From contig JBAYFZ010000003.1 of the NCBI GenBank assembly GCA_041666915.1, positions 22,394-86,393 of the forward strand: a DNA stretch of 64,000 nt. Reading direction: 5' to 3'. Of this stretch, positions 10,350 to 20,066 are shown piece after piece. Both the position numbers and the translations under genes were made by a program. Source of the stretch: Minisyncoccota bacterium. GTDB lineage: Bacteria > Patescibacteriota > Minisyncoccia > Phycocordibacterales > PALSA-1337. The notes under the pieces were generated by a model, which was given only the letters and a program-made list of their open reading frames with translations, did not search any database and was not told where the DNA came from. Position 1 is the first letter of the stretch, and every line of letters starts with the position of its first letter.

Positions 10350-11258
10350 TTATTTTTTGACAGCAAAAATATTTTTGAATGATTCACCTTTGGGGAAAGT
10401 CTGAATAAATTCTTCTATATTTGTTATTGGTTGAATATCTTTTTTATTTTCATCTATTAGAGAAAGCGAAAAGCCAAGTCCCGCTAGGTTTTCAAGATAT
10501 CTTTGAGCATTGCCACCTAGTCTGGCCATGGCTTTTGGATAGACTTCAGTGAAGATTATCAAGTTAGGGCTTTTTTGTATTGTTTCTCGCATACCTTCTA
10601 GTGCCAAGAATTCAGCTCCTTCTATGTCTATTTTTATAATATCTATCTTTGGCGAACCAAATTGTTTGAGAGAATTATCTAAAGTATCCAATTCTATTGT
10701 TAATCCTGGTTTATCTTTGTCATAGACTAGAGAATGATGACCTTTATTATTTGGATCTAGATACAATGTATTTGAACCTTTTTTGTCGGACAAACCAATT
10801 TTTTGTGCTTTTACATTTGTAAGTCTATTGACCTCAATATTTTTTTGAAGAAAAGAGTAGTTTCTATTTTCTGGTTCGTAGGCGAATATTTTGCCGTTTG
10901 ATCCAATGTGTCCGCTAGCTATTATGGTGTAGTATCCGATATTTGCACCGATATCAACTACGGTAAAACCATTTTTCAGTGATTTTCGGAATAGCTCTAT
11001 CTCGGTATCTTCAAAACTTCCTAGAGCAAGTGTTCCTGACACTGCCACATCAGTTTGATCCAGTATGATAGTACCTTCTTGGATATTTATCTGTGGGGGG
11101 ATCTTGGATAAGATGATCTTATTTAGAATTGTTTTTAGAATTGGTACAAGTGATGCTGTACGGTAGATTTTTGCTGGTATAGAGGGTGGTAATAGACCAA
11201 TGATCTTTGTTAAAACCGAAGCGTGTCTATCGGATTTGAGAGCTTGTTGTTTCGGCAT
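10350..11258 (-). CDS. FkbM-family methyltransferase
   Basis: VVDIGANIGYYTIIAS, ending ...FAVKK. This is the Methyltransf_21 pattern. Confidence 0.75.
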   Translation of the reverse strand: MPKQQALKSDRHASVLTKIIGLLPPSIPAKIYRTASLVPILKTILNKIILSKIPPQINIQEGTIILDQTDVAVSGTLALGSFEDTEIELFRKSLKNGFTVVDIGANIGYYTIIASGHIGSNGKIFAYEPENRNYSFLQKNIEVNRLTNVKAQKIGLSDKKGSNTLYLDPNNKGHHSLVYDKDKPGLTIELDTLDNSLKQFGSPKIDIIKIDIEGAEFLALEGMRETIQKSPNLIIFTEVYPKAMARLGGNAQRYLENLAGLGFSLSLIDENKKDIQPITNIEEFIQTFPKGESFKNIFAVKK

Positions 11259-11260
11259 AA

Positions 11261-13480
11261 ATGATTATAATTACACGGTTAAAGATTTATATGAAAGCCT
11301 ATAGAGATATTATCATCATACCGACCTATAACGAGAAAGACAACATAGGCAAAATAATTGAAAAAGTTAGTGGGCTTTATCCTGAGCTGGAAATATGGGT
11401 AGTTGACGATAGTTCACCTGATGGAACAGCAAAGATTGTCTCTACAATCATGAAATCCAATCCAAAGGTGAGTTTGATTGTCCGTAAAGCAAAGACTGGT
11501 CTAGGCGATGCTTATAAAGATACTTTGATCAAAATCCAAAAAATGGGTGATGTTAGGAGTGTAATAACGATGGATGCTGATGGTTCTCATAATCCTTTGA
11601 AGATAAGAGAACTTCTAGATTCGCTTCAAAAAGTTGATTTGAGTATTGGTTCTAGATATACGAGCGGCGGTGGTGGAATGAAGGGTATGGGCATGTATAG
11701 GAATTTTTTGAGTATGGGTGGCAATCTATATGCTAGGATTATTATTGGTTTTGGTATCAATGATTCTACTGCTGGTTTTGTAGCCTTCAGGAGAACTGCT
11801 TTGGACGGTATCAATATTCCTGCTATTGCTAGTGCTGGTTATTCTTATCAAATAGAATTCAAGAATACTTTACTTGAAGCTGGAAGAAGTTGGAATGAAA
11901 TTCCTATTACTTTTGTTGATCGTATAGTAGGTACATCAAAAATGTCTGGAAGGATTATCAAAGAGGGAATTTTGACCCCTTGGAGAATAGCGGCTCGTAA
12001 AACATTCAAATGGTCACATTTCAAAGAGGTTTTGAAAAAAGCTTTACTGATTTCTACTGTGCTCTGTGCTTTTATGTTTGCTCTTTTCCATTTAAAAGAG
12101 AGTCCACCTGTCTGGTATGACGAAGGCTTGTATATTCAGGATGCTGTAAACCTTGTCCAAGATGGAATCGTAGGAGTTAGGTTTTCTCCAGATATTATCC
12201 GTCATGTTTCGGAGTTTAGTGTTGGTTTTCCATTGACTTATTCTTTGGCCGGATTTTTCAATATTTTTGGAATAGATATTTTCACAGCACGTTTGCTTAT
12301 GATTTTGTTTATTTTAGGTCTTATCATTTCTAGTTATTTTCTCATAAAGAAACTATATGGCAGAAATATAGCGATAATTTCTACAATTTTATTGTCTACA
12401 TTTCCACCTTTATATGGTAATGGTAAAAGTGTATTAGGTGAGACACCAGGATTGTTGTTTTTAGTCTTAGCTTTATTGTTTGTTTATTTAGCTAGAACAA
12501 AATTTGGATCAAGGAATAAATATATCGTGTTTGCTGGTTTATTTGTTGGTTTGGCTGTAGCTACAAAACCATTCTTTCTTATATTGATTCCAGCGCTTAT
12601 TGTTGGTTTGTTTTCCAGTAGAAAAATTATGCAGATTAAGATGTCTGATCTATATCTAGGTTCAATAGCTACGTTGATACCGATAATTATTTGGCTGACA
12701 ACCCAGTTCCAATCAGGAGATTCATTCTTGAAGATTTTTTCTTTCTACGCCAACCCCTATCAAGTTTCTAGTATTATTAGCATAGTCTTTAATAGTATTA
12801 AAAGTCTATTTACCAGTGTAGGCCCGCTATATCTTATGGTGGTATTGTTTGTCTGGTTGGTATCTTTGATAATTAAGTTTAAGAGACGTTCAGAAATTTC
12901 TCCAGAGGAAATAACAGCCTTCACTTTTTCTGTTCTCTGTGTTTTGGCTTATTTGAGAATATCAGGAATCTTTAGATACCTTTATCCAGCTCAAGTGATT
13001 TCTTTGATTTTCTTTCCATCAGCTTTAGCTTACATACTAAATACATTTTCAACTTCATGGTTTGATAATACGAAAAAGAAATTTGTAACGCTTGGTTTGG
13101 CTATTGTATTTATACCACTGACATTTCTCGGTATATATCAAGTTCTCTTCAATTCTTGGGTTGCTGAAGCTTATGGATCAAATAAGACTGCTGATTGGCA
13201 AAATTACTTTGAGAAGTTACCCTCAAAAGAATCCGTTTTCTTTTACGATACTCCTGAAGTTGCGATCTTTATGAATGGTAGTAATTATTATCAATATATA
13301 GAACCAGCGCCAAGTATGAAGATTGGTACTGAAGAATTGGATGTTATACGTCAAGGTATAACCGATAAAGTAGTTATTACTACAGGTAGATTGAGCGGAC
13401 TTGATCAGAGCCTGTTTGTAAAATATAGTTTAGACAAAACCTTTTACAAATATTCTATTTTGAAAAAGATTAAGAAATAG
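11261..13480 (+). CDS. Fusion: GT2 polyprenol-phosphate-sugar synthase (DPM1-like) + C-terminal polytopic GT-C-like membrane domain
   Basis: N-terminus: IIIPTYNEKDNIGKII, VVDDSSPDGT, DADGSHNP. After about residue 250 there are 10 or more TM helices, with a PMT/ArnT-like DE motif (PPVWYDEGLYIQDA) after the first TM. Confidence 0.65.
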   Translation: MIIITRLKIYMKAYRDIIIIPTYNEKDNIGKIIEKVSGLYPELEIWVVDDSSPDGTAKIVSTIMKSNPKVSLIVRKAKTGLGDAYKDTLIKIQKMGDVRSVITMDADGSHNPLKIRELLDSLQKVDLSIGSRYTSGGGGMKGMGMYRNFLSMGGNLYARIIIGFGINDSTAGFVAFRRTALDGINIPAIASAGYSYQIEFKNTLLEAGRSWNEIPITFVDRIVGTSKMSGRIIKEGILTPWRIAARKTFKWSHFKEVLKKALLISTVLCAFMFALFHLKESPPVWYDEGLYIQDAVNLVQDGIVGVRFSPDIIRHVSEFSVGFPLTYSLAGFFNIFGIDIFTARLLMILFILGLIISSYFLIKKLYGRNIAIISTILLSTFPPLYGNGKSVLGETPGLLFLVLALLFVYLARTKFGSRNKYIVFAGLFVGLAVATKPFFLILIPALIVGLFSSRKIMQIKMSDLYLGSIATLIPIIIWLTTQFQSGDSFLKIFSFYANPYQVSSIISIVFNSIKSLFTSVGPLYLMVVLFVWLVSLIIKFKRRSEISPEEITAFTFSVLCVLAYLRISGIFRYLYPAQVISLIFFPSALAYILNTFSTSWFDNTKKKFVTLGLAIVFIPLTFLGIYQVLFNSWVAEAYGSNKTADWQNYFEKLPSKESVFFYDTPEVAIFMNGSNYYQYIEPAPSMKIGTEELDVIRQGITDKVVITTGRLSGLDQSLFVKYSLDKTFYKYSILKKIKK

Positions 13481-14132
13481 GTTTCTTTAGTTCCAATATT
13501 ACGATACCAAGAAAAAATGGTCGTAGTAGATATACACGTGCAGATGGGGTAATCTTTTTGCCTATCTTTATCAATTCTTTTTTAGAAAAGAATGTTTGAT
13601 CAGTCCATGGCCATAGCGAGCGGAATATTTTTGGACGAGTAATAGTGTACCAAGGTGTGAGATATGACCATTTATACGGAACACTGATGAGGGTGGTTCC
13701 ACCTAGTTTTGTAGCTTTCCAATGTTGCTCTGCTACGAGTAGTGGATTATCAAAATGTTCCATGAGCCCTTGGCTCCAGACTATATCAAATGTCCCCTGA
13801 AAAGGGACATCAAGACAATTCCCGTCAATGAATTTGGCATTTGTAACTCCATATTTTTTTGCGCAATCTTGCGATATTTTCAAAGCTTCTGGAGAAATAT
13901 CTAAACCTACCAAACCCTTCATTTCTTTTGCTAAAGAGATCGTCAGTGTAGAAGTACCGCAACCAAGTTCTAGAAATTCCGTTTGCCCGTTGATATGCTT
14001 TCGCAACATTTTACGAAAGAAACCGTTGTAGACAAAACGTCCGTAATCTACAAAATAAGACAGTCTGTTTTTATGTAGCCAAATATTTTGCCAAATGTCT
14101 CTATGTTCTCTAGTGTTATTTCGGTGTTCCAT
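13470..14132 (-). CDS. Class I SAM-dependent methyltransferase
   Basis: FLELGCGTSTLTISLA is motif I. The protein is 220 aa. Confidence 0.7.
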   Translation of the reverse strand: MEHRNNTREHRDIWQNIWLHKNRLSYFVDYGRFVYNGFFRKMLRKHINGQTEFLELGCGTSTLTISLAKEMKGLVGLDISPEALKISQDCAKKYGVTNAKFIDGNCLDVPFQGTFDIVWSQGLMEHFDNPLLVAEQHWKATKLGGTTLISVPYKWSYLTPWYTITRPKIFRSLWPWTDQTFFSKKELIKIGKKITPSARVYLLRPFFLGIVILELKKPIS

Positions 14133-14171
14133 AAAATTTTTATTTAATATGCTGATTATATTATCATGAAA

Positions 14172-14855
14172 TCATTTGAATCGTTGAATAAATAATACCC
14201 AAATACCGATGATACCATCGCGGTATTTTATCTTTTTACCATTCTCAATAGTTCTTGGATTATGAGATATTGGTACTTCTGCTATTTTGAAATTATTTTT
14301 GACCAAGCTAGTCGAGAATATTAGTTCGGATTCAAATCTACCCGAAACAAAGAGGTGACCAGCTTTCTTCGGAAAGAGTTTATAACAAGTCCAAAGGTCG
14401 GTCAATTTTGAACCGTAAAGTATATTGAATTGTTTTGTTATGAACCAGACTCCAACTCGTGGAATATACATACCTTTTCTTTTTTCATGGTGGATGTTTC
14501 TTGATCCATATATAATGTCGGCTTTACCTTTGTTGAGTTCGTTTATAAGTAGAGGAATTTCTTTTGGGTTATATTCTAGATCAGCGTCTTGTATCAAGAT
14601 ATAATCTCCAGAACTGTTTTCTATACCTGTTTTGACGGCGCTACCTTTTCCTTGGTTTTTTGTGTGGTAAATAATTTTCAAGCGATCCTTGTAGTCATCT
14701 AGAATCTTTCTAGTATCATCTTGCGATCCATCGTCAACTACCACGATTTCTTTTTTCCAGTTTGACGGTAATGATACCTGTAAAACTCTTTGTAGAAGTT
14801 CATGAATAGTAGCTTGCTCGTTGAAGCAAGGTATTATGATGGAAAGAGTTTTCAT
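14172..14855 (-). CDS. Glycosyltransferase family 2
   Basis: LSIIIPCFNEQATI, VVDDGSQDDT, QDADLEY. Confidence 0.75.
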   Translation of the reverse strand: MKTLSIIIPCFNEQATIHELLQRVLQVSLPSNWKKEIVVVDDGSQDDTRKILDDYKDRLKIIYHTKNQGKGSAVKTGIENSSGDYILIQDADLEYNPKEIPLLINELNKGKADIIYGSRNIHHEKRKGMYIPRVGVWFITKQFNILYGSKLTDLWTCYKLFPKKAGHLFVSGRFESELIFSTSLVKNNFKIAEVPISHNPRTIENGKKIKYRDGIIGIWVLFIQRFK

Positions 14856-14869
14856 CGTATAATTGAAGC

Positions 14870-15955
14870 ATGGCGAATGACAAAAGTAAAATATTCTTTT
14901 GGGTTTTTGTAATTGTAATTTCTGTTGTATGTTTTGTTTCTTTATTCATTTTTAAGCCGGTTGTTGCTGGTGACGGTTTTTCATATGTAGATACGATCAA
15001 GGTTATCCAAGGTGGAAATATTCCAAGTGATTTTGTTCCAAATAGGATGATAGCCAATTTTTATGGTCTTGGACTTATAATCTTGCTATCAAAAATATTT
15101 GGAAATGTTGAACTGGGTTGGATTCTTCTAAACATAACACTATTTTTTGTTTCTAGTATTATTTTTTATAAAATAATACGGACCCTCTTTGAAAGTGATA
15201 AAACAGCTTTTATTGCTTCACTTTTCTTTGCTACCAATTACGCCGTCATTTCGTTTGGTTTAGCTTATTTGATGGATATTGGAGGTTGGGCTTTCTACTT
15301 ATTATCCCTCTATTTGACCCTAAAATACGTCCAGACTGGAGATAGAAAGATGTTGTTGTATTCTGCCGTTGTTATTGGTTTCGGAGGTTTATTCAAGGAA
15401 TATGCCTTTTTGGGAGTTATACCTATTGCTATTGTATTAGCTTATGAAAATTGGCCAAAATTTATTACGATTATAAAAAAAGGATTAGTTCCAGCCTTGA
15501 TAGTCTTTGTCCCTGCAATCCCAGTTTATTTGGTTGTTTATAAAAAATTTGGTTACACCTATGCTACGTGGCTCTCTTCTAACCAAGAGCATTACGTTTA
15601 TGCTCATAAGTATATTGAATACATAAAAAGTCTTGGTTCTTTGTATAATTTTCTCGCTTTCTTGTTTATAGGTGGAATATTCTATTTTATTTATAATCGA
15701 AAGGAATTGGTGGCAGATAATAGACTTAGAGTTTTTATTATCTCTGTTTCTTTGTCTATACTCCCAGTCTTTATTTGGCCAGCTATAACTCAGAGGATAT
15801 TATTTATTACCGTTCCAGCCGCTATTGTTATCGCTTCGTTTATGTTCAAAAAATGGGAAAAATATTGGTGGGTTTTCATATTGCCACTTATTTTGTATAT
15901 TGTAGTTAACTTCAATATGAATTACGTCCTTTCCAATTTTAATCTACCGTTTTAA
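14870..15955 (+). CDS. Polytopic membrane protein (possible GT-C-like glycosyltransferase or polymerase)
   Basis: 361 aa with about 10 hydrophobic helices and no soluble domain. It lies in the glycan locus. Confidence 0.35.
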   Translation: MANDKSKIFFWVFVIVISVVCFVSLFIFKPVVAGDGFSYVDTIKVIQGGNIPSDFVPNRMIANFYGLGLIILLSKIFGNVELGWILLNITLFFVSSIIFYKIIRTLFESDKTAFIASLFFATNYAVISFGLAYLMDIGGWAFYLLSLYLTLKYVQTGDRKMLLYSAVVIGFGGLFKEYAFLGVIPIAIVLAYENWPKFITIIKKGLVPALIVFVPAIPVYLVVYKKFGYTYATWLSSNQEHYVYAHKYIEYIKSLGSLYNFLAFLFIGGIFYFIYNRKELVADNRLRVFIISVSLSILPVFIWPAITQRILFITVPAAIVIASFMFKKWEKYWWVFILPLILYIVVNFNMNYVLSNFNLPF

Positions 15956-15957
15956 AC

Positions 15958-17070
15958 ATGAAACTGATTTACCTAACTTCAAAAAGATTCCCAGCGACTA
16001 CGGCCGATCATTTTTTTGTCAAAGAGATGGCCAAAGCTTTTACGAAGATTTTGTCAAAAGATTTTTTACTTGTAGTGGCAGACAACACTTCCGATGAGCT
16101 CAAAGATATTTCTTATAAGAGTTTGGAACTCAAAGCTATAAGACGTCTTGGTATTAGATATTTTGTATGGTTGCCATATTTTATTTGGAAAGATGGTCTA
16201 AATAATATAGACACATTATTTTTTTCCAACGATGCCAATCTATTATCAATCCTCATTTTTTGGAAGAAAGTTTTTGGTTTGAAATACAAGATTGTTTCTG
16301 ATTGGCATATGTTGTTTGAAAATTGGCGAGATAGGTTTGTTTCAAAAAATAGTGCAAAAATGATTACAACCACAGATCATTTGAAAGATTTGTTGGTTGC
16401 TAGTTCTGGCGTTGATAATAAAGATGTCCTGACTGCTTATGGTGGAGTTGATCTGTTGAAGTTTGATGCTGTTACAGAGTCCGTATCTTCTTTGAGAAAT
16501 CGTCTAGGTTTACCAGTTGATGCTTTTATCGTTGGTTATATAGGCTTTTATAAGACGATGAAAATGACCAAAGGTTTGGATACTATGATAAATGCTTTAT
16601 CTTTGATTGAAGATAATAATATAAAGATGGTTTTTGTTGGTGGTAAACCAGATGAGATAGAAGAATATAAGCTTATAGCAAAGAATACTGGCGTTGCTGA
16701 CAGGATCGTCTTTGTGCCAGTTGTACCAGCCGACGGTATGCCAGCTTATGAAAAGGCCATGGATGTTTTGGTTATACCTTATCCTGACCGGCCTCATTTT
16801 AGGAAGTACGGTTTTCCTATGAAAGCTTATGAATATTTGGCTAGCAATAGACCAGTTTTATATTCAAATCTTCCTATAATGAAAGAGGTGCTTGCTGGTT
16901 GTGCTATTTCTTTTGAACCAGGATCAAGTCAAGATTTAGCCAATAAAATTCTTGAATTGAAATCAAATCCAAATAAGGGAAGTGAACTCGTAATGAATGC
17001 CTCTAAGAAAGTTGTCAGTTGTACTTGGTTGGAGCGTGCAAAAAATATCGTTGAGTTTGTGAGGGGTTAG
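15958..17070 (+). CDS. Glycosyltransferase (GT-B, GT4/GT1-like)
   Basis: Two-Rossmann-domain architecture. The C-terminal half has the KAMDVLVIPY...FRKYGFPMKAYEYLASNRPVL region. Confidence 0.6.
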   Translation: MKLIYLTSKRFPATTADHFFVKEMAKAFTKILSKDFLLVVADNTSDELKDISYKSLELKAIRRLGIRYFVWLPYFIWKDGLNNIDTLFFSNDANLLSILIFWKKVFGLKYKIVSDWHMLFENWRDRFVSKNSAKMITTTDHLKDLLVASSGVDNKDVLTAYGGVDLLKFDAVTESVSSLRNRLGLPVDAFIVGYIGFYKTMKMTKGLDTMINALSLIEDNNIKMVFVGGKPDEIEEYKLIAKNTGVADRIVFVPVVPADGMPAYEKAMDVLVIPYPDRPHFRKYGFPMKAYEYLASNRPVLYSNLPIMKEVLAGCAISFEPGSSQDLANKILELKSNPNKGSELVMNASKKVVSCTWLERAKNIVEFVRG

Positions 17071-17087
17071 AGGTGAAATCAGCCCAA

Positions 17088-18113
17088 CTACATCTTTAGT
17101 ATACTTTTTATCAGTATCTTAATGTTGTCAATTGATTTTTTATTCGTAACTAACTTATAGAGTGGTGATGTTTTAAACGCTTTCCACGTCTTCAGTCCTT
17201 GAGTGGTATTAAAACCACAAATTGTTCGCCATCTTTTGTAGACGATTTTATTTAGAGAGTCACTATTATAGATATTAGATTTTATATTTTGTGAGATTAT
17301 TTTCGATAACCAAATATCCTCTTTTTCTATAAAAGATTTAATAGTCTGATATTCTTTTGGTAGTATGGAATTATGGAGACGAATTTCTTCTTCAGATGGT
17401 TTTAGGTCAATTTTATTTAATAATCGAAGTCTAATATTTGTGGCCACATCGGATGTTTCTTTTTTGAAAATTTGCGATGTACTTTTGTCGTGAATACGGT
17501 ATTTCAATAATACTTTATCAATATTAGCAACGTGGAAAAAATTAGTGCACCTGCTCCAAAGATCATAATCTTCACCGTGATTTAGGTTTTCATTATAGGA
17601 TAGACAAAATTTATCGAATAGACTTTTCTTTATCATTACTGAAGGATGAATAAGTGATGTGTTAAATAGAAGGCTAGCCCTAATATCTTCAGGATTTGTA
17701 TAAACTTTATTTACTGTTGATTTACCGTATCCGAACGATTTACACCATGAACCGCATAGACCAACTTCGGGGTGAGAATTCATAAATTCTACCTGTTTTT
17801 CTAGACGCTTAGGTAAACTTATGTCGTCAGCATCCATTCTAGCGATATATTCTCCTTTGGCCTCTTTAATACCTAAGTTGAGTGCTTTTGGTAGATTATC
17901 ATCAGCAGTACGAAATATAAGACGTATTCTATTGTCATTGAATGAATTTATTACATCTAGGCTTTCTTTGTTTGTAGTTGCAGAGATTAAAATTAGTAGT
18001 TCAAAGTTTTTGTATGTTTGATCTAAAATACTTTGTATAGCCTGTCCGACGTATTGTTCACCGTTATGAACAGGTAAAATAACACTTATCAACTGTGGTT
18101 GTTTTTTATTCAT
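17088..18113 (-). CDS. Glycosyltransferase family 2
   Basis: ISVILPVHNGEQYV ... RMDADDISLPKRLEKQVEFM. Confidence 0.75.
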   Translation of the reverse strand: MNKKQPQLISVILPVHNGEQYVGQAIQSILDQTYKNFELLILISATTNKESLDVINSFNDNRIRLIFRTADDNLPKALNLGIKEAKGEYIARMDADDISLPKRLEKQVEFMNSHPEVGLCGSWCKSFGYGKSTVNKVYTNPEDIRASLLFNTSLIHPSVMIKKSLFDKFCLSYNENLNHGEDYDLWSRCTNFFHVANIDKVLLKYRIHDKSTSQIFKKETSDVATNIRLRLLNKIDLKPSEEEIRLHNSILPKEYQTIKSFIEKEDIWLSKIISQNIKSNIYNSDSLNKIVYKRWRTICGFNTTQGLKTWKAFKTSPLYKLVTNKKSIDNIKILIKSILKM

Positions 18114-19095
18114 TCTTAAAAATGATCTCAGATTTTTTATTGGTAAAAGAGAATGGAATATGACGCAAATCTTTCAAAGCATCTTTTAGTTTTTCTTGAT
18201 TCTTCTTTTCACAATAGAATAGGAGACAACCACCACCTCCAGCCCCTAGAAGTTTGCCGCCCAAAGCACCATTTTTAAGTCCAATCTCATAGTATTTATC
18301 AATAATACTATTTGATATTGTTGAAGCCACTGTCTTTTTTAGAAGCCAACCTTTGTGTAGTAATTCTCCGAATTTATCTATACTATCGTCTTCAAGGGCA
18401 TTTCTCATTTCATGGGCAAGTTCTGTCATCTTTCGTAGGGTTGATACAGTTTCTCCGGATTTTTTTATATTATTCTTTTGTTCGCCTAGGATATCATCGG
18501 CTGAACGAGTAATCCCGGTGTAAAAAAGTACAAGATTTTCATTTAGTTCCTTCTTTTTCTTAGGAGAAATATTTACGGGCTCCACTATGACCTTGTTATT
18601 TGGAAGAAATCTATAAAAATTAAAACCTCCATATGCTGAGGCATACTGATCCTGTTTTCCAATTGGATGTCTGAGTTTGTTTATCTCTATATCACAAGCA
18701 TAAGAAGCAAGTTCTTCGGGAGTTAGCTTTTTGTGTTTATATGCACTTAGTGCGTTGTATAAACCAACCGCAAAAGCGCTTGATGAGCCCAGTCCAGTCT
18801 TTGTTGGCACATCTCCAGAACTAGCAATTTCAAGCCCTGTGATTTTTGTATCAGTGAGGATGGTCCTGAATATATCGTTTTTTAAATCTCTTGCGTCAGT
18901 AACTTCTTCAGTTTGGGAATATTTTACTAATAATCTATCAGTGTAAAAGTTTGGATGTAAAAAAATATGGATGTATTTATCGATTGCTGTGCTGATAACA
19001 GCACCTTCCTGTTTTTCATAAAAATCTGGCATATCAGATCCACCTCCTGCGAAACTTATACGAAGTGGGGTTCTACTGATTATCATATTAATCAA
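18106..19095 (-). CDS. GHMP-family sugar kinase (HddA / fucokinase-like)
   Basis: N-terminal SRTPLRISFAGGGSDMPDFY is the hallmark of D-glycero-D-manno-heptose-7-P kinase and fucokinase. The ATP-binding loop PTKTGLGSSSAFAVG is present. Confidence 0.7.
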   Translation of the reverse strand: MINMIISRTPLRISFAGGGSDMPDFYEKQEGAVISTAIDKYIHIFLHPNFYTDRLLVKYSQTEEVTDARDLKNDIFRTILTDTKITGLEIASSGDVPTKTGLGSSSAFAVGLYNALSAYKHKKLTPEELASYACDIEINKLRHPIGKQDQYASAYGGFNFYRFLPNNKVIVEPVNISPKKKKELNENLVLFYTGITRSADDILGEQKNNIKKSGETVSTLRKMTELAHEMRNALEDDSIDKFGELLHKGWLLKKTVASTISNSIIDKYYEIGLKNGALGGKLLGAGGGGCLLFYCEKKNQEKLKDALKDLRHIPFSFTNKKSEIIFKNE

Positions 19096-19142
19096 TATTA
19101 TACTATTCTATCTTTATTTCCAAGCTTTGTTATAATACAAAA

Positions 19143-20066
19143 ATGTTAAAAAATAAGACTATTTTGGTAACCGGTGGTGCTGGATTTATAGGATCCAATA
19201 CCGTAGAACTTCTTTGTGATCAGGGGTATTCGGTTCGAGTAATTGATGATTTGTCTTTCGGGTTTAAGAAATTTTTGGACCCTAGAGCGAAATTTTATGA
19301 AGCTTCAATAGCAGATGAGAAGGTACTAGAAGAAGCTTTATTGGGAGTTGATGCGGTATTTCACTTTGCAGCATCGAGTATTATCAAATTTTCTATTGAT
19401 GACCCAGCATCTTATTTTGAAAATAATATAATCAATGGCGTTAAGTTGCTCGATTCTATGCGTAAAATTGGAGTAAAGAAAATTATCTTTTCTTCCTCAG
19501 CTTCTGTATATGGTGAGCCTGAACAAGTCCCAGTAAAAGAAGATCAGATGAAAAAGCCACTTCAACCTTATGGGGCTAGTAAGTTAGCCTTTGAAGCTGT
19601 GTTATCAGCTTATTACCATAGTTTTGGTATAGAGAGTACCTCATTGCGATATTTCAATGCTTATGGCCCAAGAGATGAGCAAATACCTGCTACGAGGGCG
19701 GTACCGATGTGGATAAAGGAAATATTGGCGAATGAGCCCATTAAAGTATATTGGAAAGGTTGTCAACTTAGAGATTACGTCTTTGTAAAAGATATTGCTC
19801 AAGCACATATAGATGTTCTTGATCTTGGTGGTTGTAACGTCTTCAATGTTGGTTCTGGTACAGGGGTAGTTATGACAGATCTATTGGAAGAAATATTCGA
19901 GATTATTGTCAAACGAAATGAGGTTATTGATTTGGGTGAACGTGTAGGCGATCCGATGAAACTTGTTGCGGATACGAGTGCAATATACAAAGCTGTTGGA
20001 TGGAGACCAAAATATTCTTTACATGATGGGCTTGTAGAAGCAATAAACTTTTATAAGAATCAATGA
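19143..20066 (+). CDS. NAD-dependent sugar epimerase (SDR extended family, GalE-like)
   Basis: VTGGAGFIGSN is the Rossmann motif. Catalytic S...YGASK is present. There is no TDE dehydratase motif. Confidence 0.8.
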   Translation: MLKNKTILVTGGAGFIGSNTVELLCDQGYSVRVIDDLSFGFKKFLDPRAKFYEASIADEKVLEEALLGVDAVFHFAASSIIKFSIDDPASYFENNIINGVKLLDSMRKIGVKKIIFSSSASVYGEPEQVPVKEDQMKKPLQPYGASKLAFEAVLSAYYHSFGIESTSLRYFNAYGPRDEQIPATRAVPMWIKEILANEPIKVYWKGCQLRDYVFVKDIAQAHIDVLDLGGCNVFNVGSGTGVVMTDLLEEIFEIIVKRNEVIDLGERVGDPMKLVADTSAIYKAVGWRPKYSLHDGLVEAINFYKNQ

